IMG/VR virus record: IMGVR_UViG_3300029286_002355
Span: 32,001-96,000 of that record
Length of the DNA stretch: 64,000 nucleotides
Reading direction: 5' to 3' (one strand)
Source: a virus
Shown here in pieces: positions 1-8,090 of the stretch. Under the pieces are notes generated by a model, which was given only the letters and a program-made list of their open reading frames with translations, made no database searches and had not been told where the DNA came from. Both the position numbers and the translations under genes were made by a program. Each line of letters begins with the position of its first letter. Position 1 is the first letter of the stretch.

Positions 1-380
1 ACTTCGTTAAACGTGGTATTCTCCGCACCCATATTCCCCCATGTATTGATTGAGAACGAACCGACACTTGTGGGTTTAATAACCGTAACATTGGGCTCAA
101 GTACGGTTTCGTTTTGGAATACTCGTCCCCTACTCACAAATGACGAAAACATAGGTATTTCCAAGCTTCCAAGAGTAGCGGTTGAATCGGCACTTGCAAT
201 ATTAAAACTGTTGGTAGTTGCAACAATGAAATTGCTGGTGCTGAGGTTACTTATAGAATTGCTATTGATGGTGTTTAGGTTACTTATAGAATTGCTAAAC
301 GTATTGCTTTCTGCCCAAGCTCCCGCAACAGAAAACAAAATTAGCATTATTAGGATTCCGACAGTCTTCATGTTTTTCAT
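1..380 (-). CDS. Secreted/outer-membrane protein, TorF-like porin resemblance (C-terminus truncated by window edge)
   Basis: Manual translation from ATG at 380 (SD aaggag): MKNMKTVGILIMLILFSVAGAWAES... signal peptide, N/S-rich linker with a duplicated SNSISNL, then SSFVSRGRVFQNETVLEPNVTV; open to position 1. Not in the ORF track. Confidence 0.55.
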   Translation of the reverse strand, partial: MKNMKTVGILIMLILFSVAGAWAESNTFSNSISNLNTINSNSISNLSTSNFIVATTNSFNIASADSTATLGSLEIPMFSSFVSRGRVFQNETVLEPNVTVIKPTSVGSFSINTWGNMGAENTTFNE

Positions 381-416
381 ATTTTACTCCTTTGTATTGT
401 TTTTCGTAGCTTTTAC

Positions 417-773
417 TTACCATATATCGGGGCCATGATATACCTTACCGTCAACCATATCTCCGTCTTCAATCCACGGAGTATCAATATCGGGATCGGG
501 ATGGGCCTTCTCTTTCCCAAATTGCTTTTTAAGTCTTTCTTGAACACCTTTTTCTGTCAACATGGCATAGTTGTAACTCTGCTCCCCATTGTTAACGTCA
601 ATAAACCATTCCATTTTTCCTCCACTCATACCGTAATGAGCACTAGTAATAGTGGCAAGTCCTCCAGAATAATCATCGCTTCCACGTGAAATATGCAACC
701 TTGATTCTACATAAATCTCGCTTCCAACAACGGGATCTTTCGGCAGACCCTTTGTTTTTTTATTTTTTTCCAT
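417..773 (-). CDS. Hypothetical protein
   Basis: 118-aa ORF with SD, co-oriented with neighbours. Confidence 0.7.
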   Translation of the reverse strand: MEKNKKTKGLPKDPVVGSEIYVESRLHISRGSDDYSGGLATITSAHYGMSGGKMEWFIDVNNGEQSYNYAMLTEKGVQERLKKQFGKEKAHPDPDIDTPWIEDGDMVDGKVYHGPDIW

Positions 774-782
774 GATTTTCCT

Positions 783-1061
783 TTATTTAGTTGACATATA
801 TTCCGTATAGCAAACAAACCCGAATCCTGTCATCTCTCTTCCCTTGACCTTTTTACTCTGCATGGTTGCGCTCATACATATCTTGTAAGCCTTGCGTTTG
901 AAGTCTCCACTAATAACTCTCATGTTGTTTAAACCGACAAGTCTCACAAACCTATATACATCCTGATTCCCCGTAACAAAACAACTATAGACTCCACCCT
1001 TACGAATCTTATTTAGGATTCGCTTCAGTTTGTTTTTGTCATTGTTTAGATCTGATTTCAT
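783..1061 (-). CDS. Hypothetical protein
   Basis: ORF; start moved to MKSDLNN at 1061. Confidence 0.55.
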   Translation of the reverse strand: MKSDLNNDKNKLKRILNKIRKGGVYSCFVTGNQDVYRFVRLVGLNNMRVISGDFKRKAYKICMSATMQSKKVKGREMTGFGFVCYTEYMSTK

Positions 1062-1107
1062 TATTATGGATACATCATAGCAGAATAGAATAAAAAAGCA
1101 AGAGAAA

Positions 1108-1950
1108 TTATTGCAGATGCCAACCATAATAGGGCTTGCCATTTTTAATAGCGATTCTAGATAGTTCTTTTCGATTTAATCCGTATTTTTCGGCAAACTT
1201 ACGCAAGCTAATAACTTCTTCTCTACATCCTCTTTCATTCACAAAAACTATTTTTTTACCAAGTCTCGCAAAAGAAGCCTTACCTTTCATTGTATCTGAT
1301 TTTTTAATTCCTTTTGTTGCCTTAGACATCATTCTCTTGTATTTTGAGGTGTTCTGCCTCTTAATTTTGTCCTCTAGTTGTTCTGGTGTCAATTTCTTTC
1401 CAGTCATAATTCTTGATATTTTTTCCTTAAACTCTTTTGATTTTAGAACGGCAATACGCTTAGTATCATCTCTGACTTTGGCAGATTTTCTCATTCTTTT
1501 TATTGTCTTTTCAGTATGCTTGCTCCCTAGTCTGTGCCTCCTAGTGCATTCTCCAATTTCTTTTGCCCTGCTTCTAGATATAGCTTGTAATTTCGCTATT
1601 GTTTCCGGCGTATGTTTCCTACCACTCATCGGAGCAGTAGCATTAGAGCAAATATTATAGCAGTAATCCTTACCGATGTTTGAATCAAGTACCTTTTGCT
1701 CTTCTTTTATAGCCTTGGAGTGGCGAAGAACTTTAACAATAACAAAAGAAAAATTTTCGTCTCCATACTTGTTATATGCCCCTTGCAAATGCGGGTTTGA
1801 GTGCCTGTTTTTTCTTAGAAGATCTAGATGCTTAGAAAAACGTTTTGAAAAACTATTTTTTGTAGATCCAACATACCATTTGCCGTTAATCTCGTTGATA
1901 ATTGTGTATAAACCAGATTTCCCCATTAATTCTTTATTACATGTCTTCAT
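1108..1950 (-). CDS. GIY-YIG homing endonuclease with NUMOD3 repeats
   Basis: GLYTIINEINGKWYVGST (GIY-YIG), HSNPHLQGAYNKYG, NUMOD3-like MSGRKHTPETIAKL and LGSKHTEKTIKRMR. Confidence 0.9.
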   Translation of the reverse strand: MKTCNKELMGKSGLYTIINEINGKWYVGSTKNSFSKRFSKHLDLLRKNRHSNPHLQGAYNKYGDENFSFVIVKVLRHSKAIKEEQKVLDSNIGKDYCYNICSNATAPMSGRKHTPETIAKLQAISRSRAKEIGECTRRHRLGSKHTEKTIKRMRKSAKVRDDTKRIAVLKSKEFKEKISRIMTGKKLTPEQLEDKIKRQNTSKYKRMMSKATKGIKKSDTMKGKASFARLGKKIVFVNERGCREEVISLRKFAEKYGLNRKELSRIAIKNGKPYYGWHLQ

Positions 1951-1991
1951 AATATAACCTCCTAGTGTTATTGCTGTTCGGTTATATTATA
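1951..1991 (-). promoter_or_regulatory. TATAAT -10 box overlapping an RBS-sequestering hairpin
   Basis: Arms AATATAACC/GGTTATATT (1980-1988, 1951-1959) cover part of SD aggagg; -10 at 1986-1991. Confidence 0.55.
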
Positions 1992-2028
1992 CAACAAATT
2001 CGCCCCAATAACCTTTAGGATAATTCAA

Positions 2029-3339
2029 TTATTTTCCAGAGGGACTAAACTCCACCAGATAGTTAAGACGACATTGACTTGTACGAAACACTATCATTTC
2101 GTTGTTCATGACTCCACTCTGATGGGCTTTTGCAAAATAACTATCATGACCAGTAGGCGGATTGCGACTACATGGACCAGAAGGAACGTAGTAATTACCC
2201 ATTGCAACAGAACAAATAAACATAAACGGATTGTTGTCTTTCGCCCCACCACTCCAATAATTTGTTGCATAGTTTAACGATTTTGTGCTTTGATCGGAGA
2301 AATAAAGTCCATTGTGGAACATCCTGCCGCAGACATGTGGAGAGCTAGCAGGAGGAATAATAAGTCCAGCCCTTAATATTGACAATAGATTACTACACTT
2401 CGTGCCATGCCACAAATCCCAAATATTAGACATCTTAGCTCCGTCTTTTATAAAGGCAGAACTTACCGTATTAATATCAACCGAATAGACCATTTTAACA
2501 TCAAGATTGGCAGACTGATGAACGCTTTGCCAAGTCTTTTTGTAAAATTTACGTATTCTATCAATTTCCTTGCCATCTTCGACAAGGTGAAGCTGGCAAT
2601 CGAAAACTTTTTCCTCTGGAGCAACAACAGCTTTCGTACCATTAACAGGAATAGATGTTGCCGAAACAAGAGATGCTTGTAAACTATCCAAAATTTGCTT
2701 TTGGGCTTGAACCTTAGCAAGATCGCTCCACCACTCCCTAACATCTAATTTTCTATGTCCAATATCGCTAGGTATTAGCATAAGGTAATCATTTGTTTTT
2801 CGCCCCAGATCAATCCCGTAATTTTTTGCCACAACCATGTCTGCAATTTCCTCTAGAATACCGCTGGCAGCATCAATAGTTTTCTGCCCGACCACATCAC
2901 CTGTTGCTGTTGTAAATAAGCCAGTTGTATCATTATATACAATTTTTCCGCCTGTTGATGTCATAATTGAATGGGCGTTTTCTTTAACCAGCCTATCAAT
3001 CAGTTTGGTAACAAGAGGATTATTAGATTTAATTTGACTATGGGCAATGTTTTTTAAATCAGGCGAATTATGATTAACACTTTTGGTTGATGTGGAAGAA
3101 GATGGAGTTCCTACACTTTCTATAACTCTATAGCCCTTCCCCTCTTTTTCCCTCAGCTTTTTTTCTAGAAATGAAACGCCTGCCCCCGGAAACTCTTTAG
3201 ATTGACCAGAATCCCCCACTCGTCCCCATCTTGTAATAACCATTCCGTCACTATAGAGTTCGCCAGTCCAAAACTTATTATGGTTTTCCTCAACGCAATC
3301 GGTCATAATTCTTTTTTCAACTCTGATAGGCGTAGCCAT
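2029..3339 (-). CDS. Poly(ADP-ribose) polymerase-like protein (WGR + regulatory + PARP catalytic domains)
   Basis: NHNKFW...TRWGRVG (WGR); LWHGT, GRMFHNGLYFSD..KSLNYA, NNEMIVF give an H-Y-E triad; start at MATPIR (SD aggag). Confidence 0.9.
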   Translation of the reverse strand: MATPIRVEKRIMTDCVEENHNKFWTGELYSDGMVITRWGRVGDSGQSKEFPGAGVSFLEKKLREKEGKGYRVIESVGTPSSSTSTKSVNHNSPDLKNIAHSQIKSNNPLVTKLIDRLVKENAHSIMTSTGGKIVYNDTTGLFTTATGDVVGQKTIDAASGILEEIADMVVAKNYGIDLGRKTNDYLMLIPSDIGHRKLDVREWWSDLAKVQAQKQILDSLQASLVSATSIPVNGTKAVVAPEEKVFDCQLHLVEDGKEIDRIRKFYKKTWQSVHQSANLDVKMVYSVDINTVSSAFIKDGAKMSNIWDLWHGTKCSNLLSILRAGLIIPPASSPHVCGRMFHNGLYFSDQSTKSLNYATNYWSGGAKDNNPFMFICSVAMGNYYVPSGPCSRNPPTGHDSYFAKAHQSGVMNNEMIVFRTSQCRLNYLVEFSPSGK

Positions 3340-3355
3340 TTTAGTTCTCCTATTT

Positions 3356-3565
3356 TTACAGATTTTCAGTTGAGATATCTTTAAACTCACCCTTTAATAC
3401 AGCCTTGTGCATTTCAAGAGCATCTCCGGCAACCTGTTCATTGATTTCATTGGTGACGAAACCTTTTCCTATAACGCCAAACTTCTTTCTCAAGGCGTTA
3501 AGTTCTTCGATAACCGTCAATCCTCTCATTGGTATTTTGACAATCTTATTTCTTCCCTTTTTCAT
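3356..3565 (-). CDS. Hypothetical protein
   Basis: 69-aa ORF downstream of a consensus promoter. Confidence 0.6.
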   Translation of the reverse strand: MKKGRNKIVKIPMRGLTVIEELNALRKKFGVIGKGFVTNEINEQVAGDALEMHKAVLKGEFKDISTENL

Positions 3566-3577
3566 TTTGATAAAACC

Positions 3578-3606
3578 ATCATAACCTATTTCGACATAAA
3601 TTGCAA
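3578..3606 (-). promoter_or_regulatory. sigma70-type promoter
   Basis: TTGCAA-17-TATGAT. Confidence 0.65.
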
Positions 3607-3619
3607 GCTTTTTCTTTGT

Positions 3620-3976
3620 CTACATTGCTTCGTATCCGCCACATATTTGTAAAAATCTAGACCACTCATCTATAAAATCGGAAAAATCTTTTAGTGATCC
3701 GCTAAACAGATCTTTATTTTCCTGATACAATGCCTGTCTGGTTTTTTCATCTAAGGCTTTTATTTTTTTGGCCGCTTCCCTACTTTCCTTGGCGTTAATC
3801 TTAAACGGGGTTTCTTTGTTGCCATATTTTTCCCATAACACTTTTGAATAAAAACCCGCTTCCCACGATATGATGCCCAAGAGATTTGCTCCTGCCGAAT
3901 TAACATCAAAATAGTGTCCTCCACAACTATTTTTGTAATTAAGCTTTTTTTTGTTCGGATAATATTGTCGGCTCAT
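3620..3976 (-). CDS. Hypothetical protein
   Basis: 118-aa ORF in tightly packed run. Confidence 0.7.
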   Translation of the reverse strand: MSRQYYPNKKKLNYKNSCGGHYFDVNSAGANLLGIISWEAGFYSKVLWEKYGNKETPFKINAKESREAAKKIKALDEKTRQALYQENKDLFSGSLKDFSDFIDEWSRFLQICGGYEAM

Positions 3977-3977
3977 T

Positions 3978-4379
3978 TTATTCCTTTGTTACCAGCTTCT
4001 TTAACCGCTCAACTTCTGCTTCTGAGGTTTTCAAATTTAGAACAGCCCTATCATAATCCATTTTGGCATGAAACGCAAGGTTTTTCTTTTGTTGAAGCAA
4101 CTTTTTTTCAGCCTGCTTCTTTACACGTTCTTCTTCGTTATGGATTTTTGTAGCCGAAACCGTAAATTCAACTATTTCGGGAACACCAAACTCAGGATAG
4201 GCATTAGAGAAATAGGTAACTTGTGTTCTTGCCCCACCGATTCTGGTATAGAGTCTTGCGCCTTTCAATTCAACCCAAGTTTCTCCGTATCCGCCATAGC
4301 CTTTTCTGCGAAACCACTTGCCCTCTTTGTTTCTAACCGCAAAAAAGCTTAGGTCATTTGATTTAATATTCTTTGCCAT
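3978..4379 (-). CDS. Hypothetical protein
   Basis: 133-aa ORF, SD ggaggt. Confidence 0.75.
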   Translation of the reverse strand: MAKNIKSNDLSFFAVRNKEGKWFRRKGYGGYGETWVELKGARLYTRIGGARTQVTYFSNAYPEFGVPEIVEFTVSATKIHNEEERVKKQAEKKLLQQKKNLAFHAKMDYDRAVLNLKTSEAEVERLKKLVTKE

Positions 4380-4382
4380 AAT

Positions 4383-4730
4383 TTACCTCCTTAACAATTT
4401 TTTAACGAATTTCAAAAATTTATCTTTTGTCCCGAACACATTTTGAAAATCGCCCCTGAAATCAATAATGGGATTTTCTATATATTTACCACCGCTAGCG
4501 CAACAACAGCCAATCGGAACCAAACTCAATTTCCCATTTTTGAATTCTTTATATTGTGATTGGCTCAGAGAAAAATGTGATATAGATTGATCCGGATCTA
4601 GACTACTTATGATATACACTTTGCATTGTTTGGGGAGAGTGGCATAGTAGAACTGATGCCATTTTGAATCATCGAACATTCCATTACCCTTGAAACCCAA
4701 TGGCGCAACATCTTTGGCATATATTTTCAT
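4383..4730 (-). CDS. Hypothetical protein
   Basis: 115-aa ORF in run. Confidence 0.7.
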   Translation of the reverse strand: MKIYAKDVAPLGFKGNGMFDDSKWHQFYYATLPKQCKVYIISSLDPDQSISHFSLSQSQYKEFKNGKLSLVPIGCCCASGGKYIENPIIDFRGDFQNVFGTKDKFLKFVKKLLRR

Positions 4731-4740
4731 AAATTTCTTT

Positions 4741-5031
4741 TTATTTTCTCACCAGACTTTTCCACTCTTTAGAAGGAGCCCCGTATTCGTTTTCGCCAAC
4801 TAACCATTGAGCAGCTTCTATTGCGCCTTCTCTAACATTGTCGGCGTAACCCTTATTTTCATAATTATCGTAAACTTCGTCTTCAGTCATGCGTTCGGTT
4901 AACACATGAATCTGAGCGTCAATAGAATTCCAATGATTATCACCAAACATAGATTGCCTTACTACTGTGGGCTTCATGGCTTTCAGGGTTTCAATTTCCG
5001 CTTCAATTTCTTTTGTATTTGGAATTTTCAT
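4741..5031 (-). CDS. Hypothetical protein
   Basis: 96-aa ORF, SD ggagg. Confidence 0.75.
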   Translation of the reverse strand: MKIPNTKEIEAEIETLKAMKPTVVRQSMFGDNHWNSIDAQIHVLTERMTEDEVYDNYENKGYADNVREGAIEAAQWLVGENEYGAPSKEWKSLVRK

Positions 5032-5276
5032 ATCGTCCCTCCTTGTTTTCTTAACGCATTTTTTATATCTCTGAGAACTGCATATAGGTTTACGTCCTGA
5101 TCAATAGAAAGTTTTTTCCCTTCCTTTTTCCACTTGCCATAAGTTTCTCCCGTATGACAACTCCAAAGCAACTCATGGGTATCTTCGTCTCTTATAGTAA
5201 TGATTGTATTTGATAAAATAGCAGACTTGATTGCTTCCACCAAAGCATTTGCCTTTATTATTCTATCGATGTCCAT
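5028..5276 (-). CDS. Hypothetical protein
   Basis: 82-aa ORF, overlaps next start by 4 nt. Confidence 0.7.
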   Translation of the reverse strand: MDIDRIIKANALVEAIKSAILSNTIITIRDEDTHELLWSCHTGETYGKWKKEGKKLSIDQDVNLYAVLRDIKNALRKQGGTI

Positions 5277-5282
5277 AAGACC

Positions 5283-5573
5283 TCACTTGTATTCAGGTTT
5301 ATATGTCCAAAACACCGTATGATCGTTATTGTAGGTTGGCATGAGTCCAAAGAACTTGCAGAAGAGTAGTTGGTTGATAAATTCAAACTTCTCGCTAATG
5401 CTAATTATGCCATGCTGATAAAAAGGATCGGACTTAAGACGGATTTCAAAACGAACACAATCAACACCATTAGAAGCTTCATCATCAATGAACTTCACTT
5501 CGCAATGTTGTGTTTCTCTGTTGATCGCTCTTAGGTAGCCTTTAACAGCATTTATTTTTTTAGATACATCCAT
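5283..5573 (-). CDS. Hypothetical protein
   Basis: 96-aa ORF, SD aaagga, downstream of consensus promoter. Confidence 0.7.
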   Translation of the reverse strand: MDVSKKINAVKGYLRAINRETQHCEVKFIDDEASNGVDCVRFEIRLKSDPFYQHGIISISEKFEFINQLLFCKFFGLMPTYNNDHTVFWTYKPEYK

Positions 5574-5600
5574 AAATCCTTTCTTAATTATTATGCGGTC

Positions 5601-5629
5601 ATCATATCATAAAAGAATGGAAATGTCAA
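5601..5629 (-). promoter_or_regulatory. sigma70-type promoter
   Basis: TTGACA-17-TATGAT. Confidence 0.75.
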
Positions 5630-5632
5630 GAA

Positions 5633-6004
5633 CTATTCTATTTTTTGGGTTGTTCCTGATGCCGTTGTCCCTCCTGTTTTTACCGTCCATCCGGCCCCCT
5701 TAATATCGTCGGAGGATCGAACATGTAGCCTAACCCCATCCACATATCCAATATTTTCCGTATAAACCGCTTCATAATAGCAAGACTGTCCATTGGTGAC
5801 ATCCGTAAAGATTCTAACGCTTCCATCGCCAAAATCTTTTGTCAGAAGTTCGCTCCCTTCTTTTATCATAACGCTATAATGTCCGGGCTCATGAAGATAA
5901 ATCGCATCCACATCGTATTTTTCCTGAATTTTGTCGCAGCCACATAAAACGACAAGCAATAAAGCGATAAAAATTGCCGTCATAAACATAATATTAGTTT
6001 TCAT
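5633..6004 (-). CDS. Putative lipoprotein
   Basis: Hydrophobic N-terminus ending in lipobox-like VLCGC. Confidence 0.65.
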   Translation of the reverse strand: MKTNIMFMTAIFIALLLVVLCGCDKIQEKYDVDAIYLHEPGHYSVMIKEGSELLTKDFGDGSVRIFTDVTNGQSCYYEAVYTENIGYVDGVRLHVRSSDDIKGAGWTVKTGGTTASGTTQKIE

Positions 6005-6022
6005 TTTTGCCTCCTATTATCG

Positions 6023-6154
6023 TTAAAAAAACTTCCAAGCAGTCCAAGCTATTGCACCTATAACAATTGCGGCCAGAATAACAGATCCTAAAAATGAAAA
6101 TACAAATGACCACAACATGCTTTTCTGCGATTGAATTTCGTTTCCGTTATTCAT
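6023..6154 (-). CDS. Small membrane protein (43 aa)
   Basis: Manual translation MNNGNEIQSQKSMLWSFVFSFLGSVILAAIVIGAIAWTAWKFF; ATGA overlap with upstream gene. Confidence 0.55.
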   Translation of the reverse strand: MNNGNEIQSQKSMLWSFVFSFLGSVILAAIVIGAIAWTAWKFF

Positions 6155-6369
6155 TTTTTCACATCCTCACGGCTAATCAGTATTCGCATGGCTATATTAC
6201 AGGCAAATCCTATGCTCAACAGAACCCAATCAACCCAAGTCAGGTATTTAAACATAAGAAGATTGTAAGGTTTATCCCATACGTGACAGGTACTGGTTAC
6301 GGTTCCTACCAATACAAAAATACCAGTCAAAACAAGTAATATTTCTATCCATATATCAGATTTTCTCAT
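6151..6369 (-). CDS. Small membrane protein
   Basis: 72 aa with two hydrophobic segments; ATGA overlap with rtcB. Confidence 0.65.
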   Translation of the reverse strand: MRKSDIWIEILLVLTGIFVLVGTVTSTCHVWDKPYNLLMFKYLTWVDWVLLSIGFACNIAMRILISREDVKK

Positions 6370-7652
6370 TCTTCACCTGCATCTTTCCAAGAAACAAGAG
6401 GAAAAAGTTTGAACAATGGCAATACCAAATCGGCCTCATTAGAAATTACGTCTTCGATATCCTTATAGGCTTGAGGAGCTTCACTAAAATCCATCATACC
6501 CAAGTCCTTTCCCTTACGAGATACAGCCCTGCCATATTTAGTATGATAAACGCCTTCCATTGCTTTTTCTATTTCCTTGATCTTTTCAGGAGTATTGTAT
6601 TCTTGATTAAAGGCATTACGGCCCATTCTACGACCTGCCCCATGAGAACAAGATGACAATGATTCTTTTTGCCCACGTCCCCTTACGATGTAGGAAGCGG
6701 TGCCTTGAGAACCGGGTATGATTCCAATGGTCTTTTCACTTGCCAATGTAGCTCCCTTACGATGAACCCAAATATTTCTTCCAAAATGGTTTTCTATAGA
6801 GGCATAGTTATGATGAATGTTGATGAGATCCTTTACCCCCACTATTTCTCCCGAAGTGTTTTGCATATTAGGGAAGTAATGAAGCAGATTGTCCCAAATA
6901 TCATCCAACATAGCTTTGCGGTTATAGAAGGCAAAGTTAAGGCACATATTCATCCATCCCAAATAAGCCTTTCCTTCTTGGGAAGTAACAGGCAAGAAAG
7001 GAACAGAAGATTGCGAATACCACTCATGATTTATTTTTGCAGCAACATCATTAAAGTGATCGCATACTTTCTTACCTATATTACGGGAGCCAGAATGAAC
7101 CATAACCCAAATGTTTCCATTTTCGTCATATTGGAGTTCTATGAAGTGGTTGCCGCCTCCCAAGGTTCCCATTTGAGAAAAGAAAGCATCGGGTTTAACA
7201 ATCACGGGAACGGAAAGAACATCCAATCTATTTTCTCCCATGCAGAGATGTTTTGTGAGAGCATAATTAATCTTGTCACTGTATTTCTGTTCCATTATCT
7301 TTCGGCGTTGGTCTGTGTTATGCGAAAAGCCCATAGGAATAGCTCGTTCAATAGCATGATGAAGGATTTCTTCTTTCCCTTTAATATCTTGAACAGTAAG
7401 GTTGGTACGGAAAGCACCAAGGCCGCAGCCGATATCGACACCCACGAAGTTAGGAACAACAACACTAGTGCATGCAACAACTCCACCAATTGGCATGCTC
7501 ATTCCCTGATGACAGTCCGGCATCAAAGCAAAATGCTCGACAAATGGGAGTTTAGCAATGGCCTCTATCTGTTCAATAGCTCCCGCCTCAATATCGGAAC
7601 ACCAAGAAAAAACGGGCTTTCCATTCGATAACTTTATTTCCATAGTTTTCAT
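6366..7652 (-). CDS. rtcB: RNA-splicing/repair ligase RtcB
   Basis: MPDCHQG, VGVDIGCG, GTLGGGNHFIE, VHSGSR, HHNYA, HRKGAT, PGSQG, SCSHGAGR, EAPQAYKDI. Confidence 0.96.
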   Translation of the reverse strand: MKTMEIKLSNGKPVFSWCSDIEAGAIEQIEAIAKLPFVEHFALMPDCHQGMSMPIGGVVACTSVVVPNFVGVDIGCGLGAFRTNLTVQDIKGKEEILHHAIERAIPMGFSHNTDQRRKIMEQKYSDKINYALTKHLCMGENRLDVLSVPVIVKPDAFFSQMGTLGGGNHFIELQYDENGNIWVMVHSGSRNIGKKVCDHFNDVAAKINHEWYSQSSVPFLPVTSQEGKAYLGWMNMCLNFAFYNRKAMLDDIWDNLLHYFPNMQNTSGEIVGVKDLINIHHNYASIENHFGRNIWVHRKGATLASEKTIGIIPGSQGTASYIVRGRGQKESLSSCSHGAGRRMGRNAFNQEYNTPEKIKEIEKAMEGVYHTKYGRAVSRKGKDLGMMDFSEAPQAYKDIEDVISNEADLVLPLFKLFPLVSWKDAGEE

Positions 7653-7658
7653 GTATAC

Positions 7659-7686
7659 ATCGTAGCATATTTACTAAAAAAGTCAA
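7659..7686 (-). promoter_or_regulatory. sigma70-type promoter positioned for a leaderless rtcB mRNA
   Basis: TTGACT-16-TACGAT, then 6 nt, then the ATG; no SD. Confidence 0.6.
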
Positions 7687-8090
7687 GGACTAATTTCATC
7701 TTTTTTAATAGAATACAGTTTCCAACCCCTATGGTTCATGCTAGTTCTTTCGTCTATTTTACTACCACCATTTCTTACCTCAAATTGTTGGTAGTCCACT
7801 CCATACTTTTTTATTTCTCTTTTTATGCCTCCTTCTATAATAAATTCTTCACCAAGAGGAGAAACTAACTTCCATAACTTTGCATGAGGGTTTTTAAGTC
7901 CCATTTTTGAATCCGATATGTGTCTTCTAACCCTTGGCAACGTAGCAACATTTTTCCCTGTTTTCTTGTCAATCCAAGGCTTATTTTTCCTACATCTATC
8001 GGAAGCTTCTTTCTTCTGTTCATTTGACACGAGCGGAAACCCCGACATCTTTAGTGTGGGGGAGGTAAGCGAGTTACTATATCCACTCAT
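7683..8090 (-). pseudogene. Homing-endonuclease C-terminal (NUMOD-like) remnant fused to a start inside the IS left end
   Basis: SDSKMGLKNPHAKLWKLVSPLGEEFII; the first ~22 codons lie inside IS element 1. Confidence 0.5.

Noticed and set aside
243-297. Short tandem duplication (AGGTTACTTATAGAATTGCTA twice) as a CRISPR-like repeat
   Set aside because: Only two copies, in frame inside a coding N/S-rich linker.
13-438. Plus-strand 141-aa ORF and most other plus-strand ORFs in the track
   Set aside because: Antisense shadows of well-supported minus-strand genes; no SD or motifs. Only the two plus-strand tnpB genes, the ART-like, HNH and HExxH genes were kept.
1062-2028. GIY-YIG ORF as part of a group I intron
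   Set aside because: Flanking genes are complete and unrelated, non-coding flanks are short, and no P7-type core was recognised.
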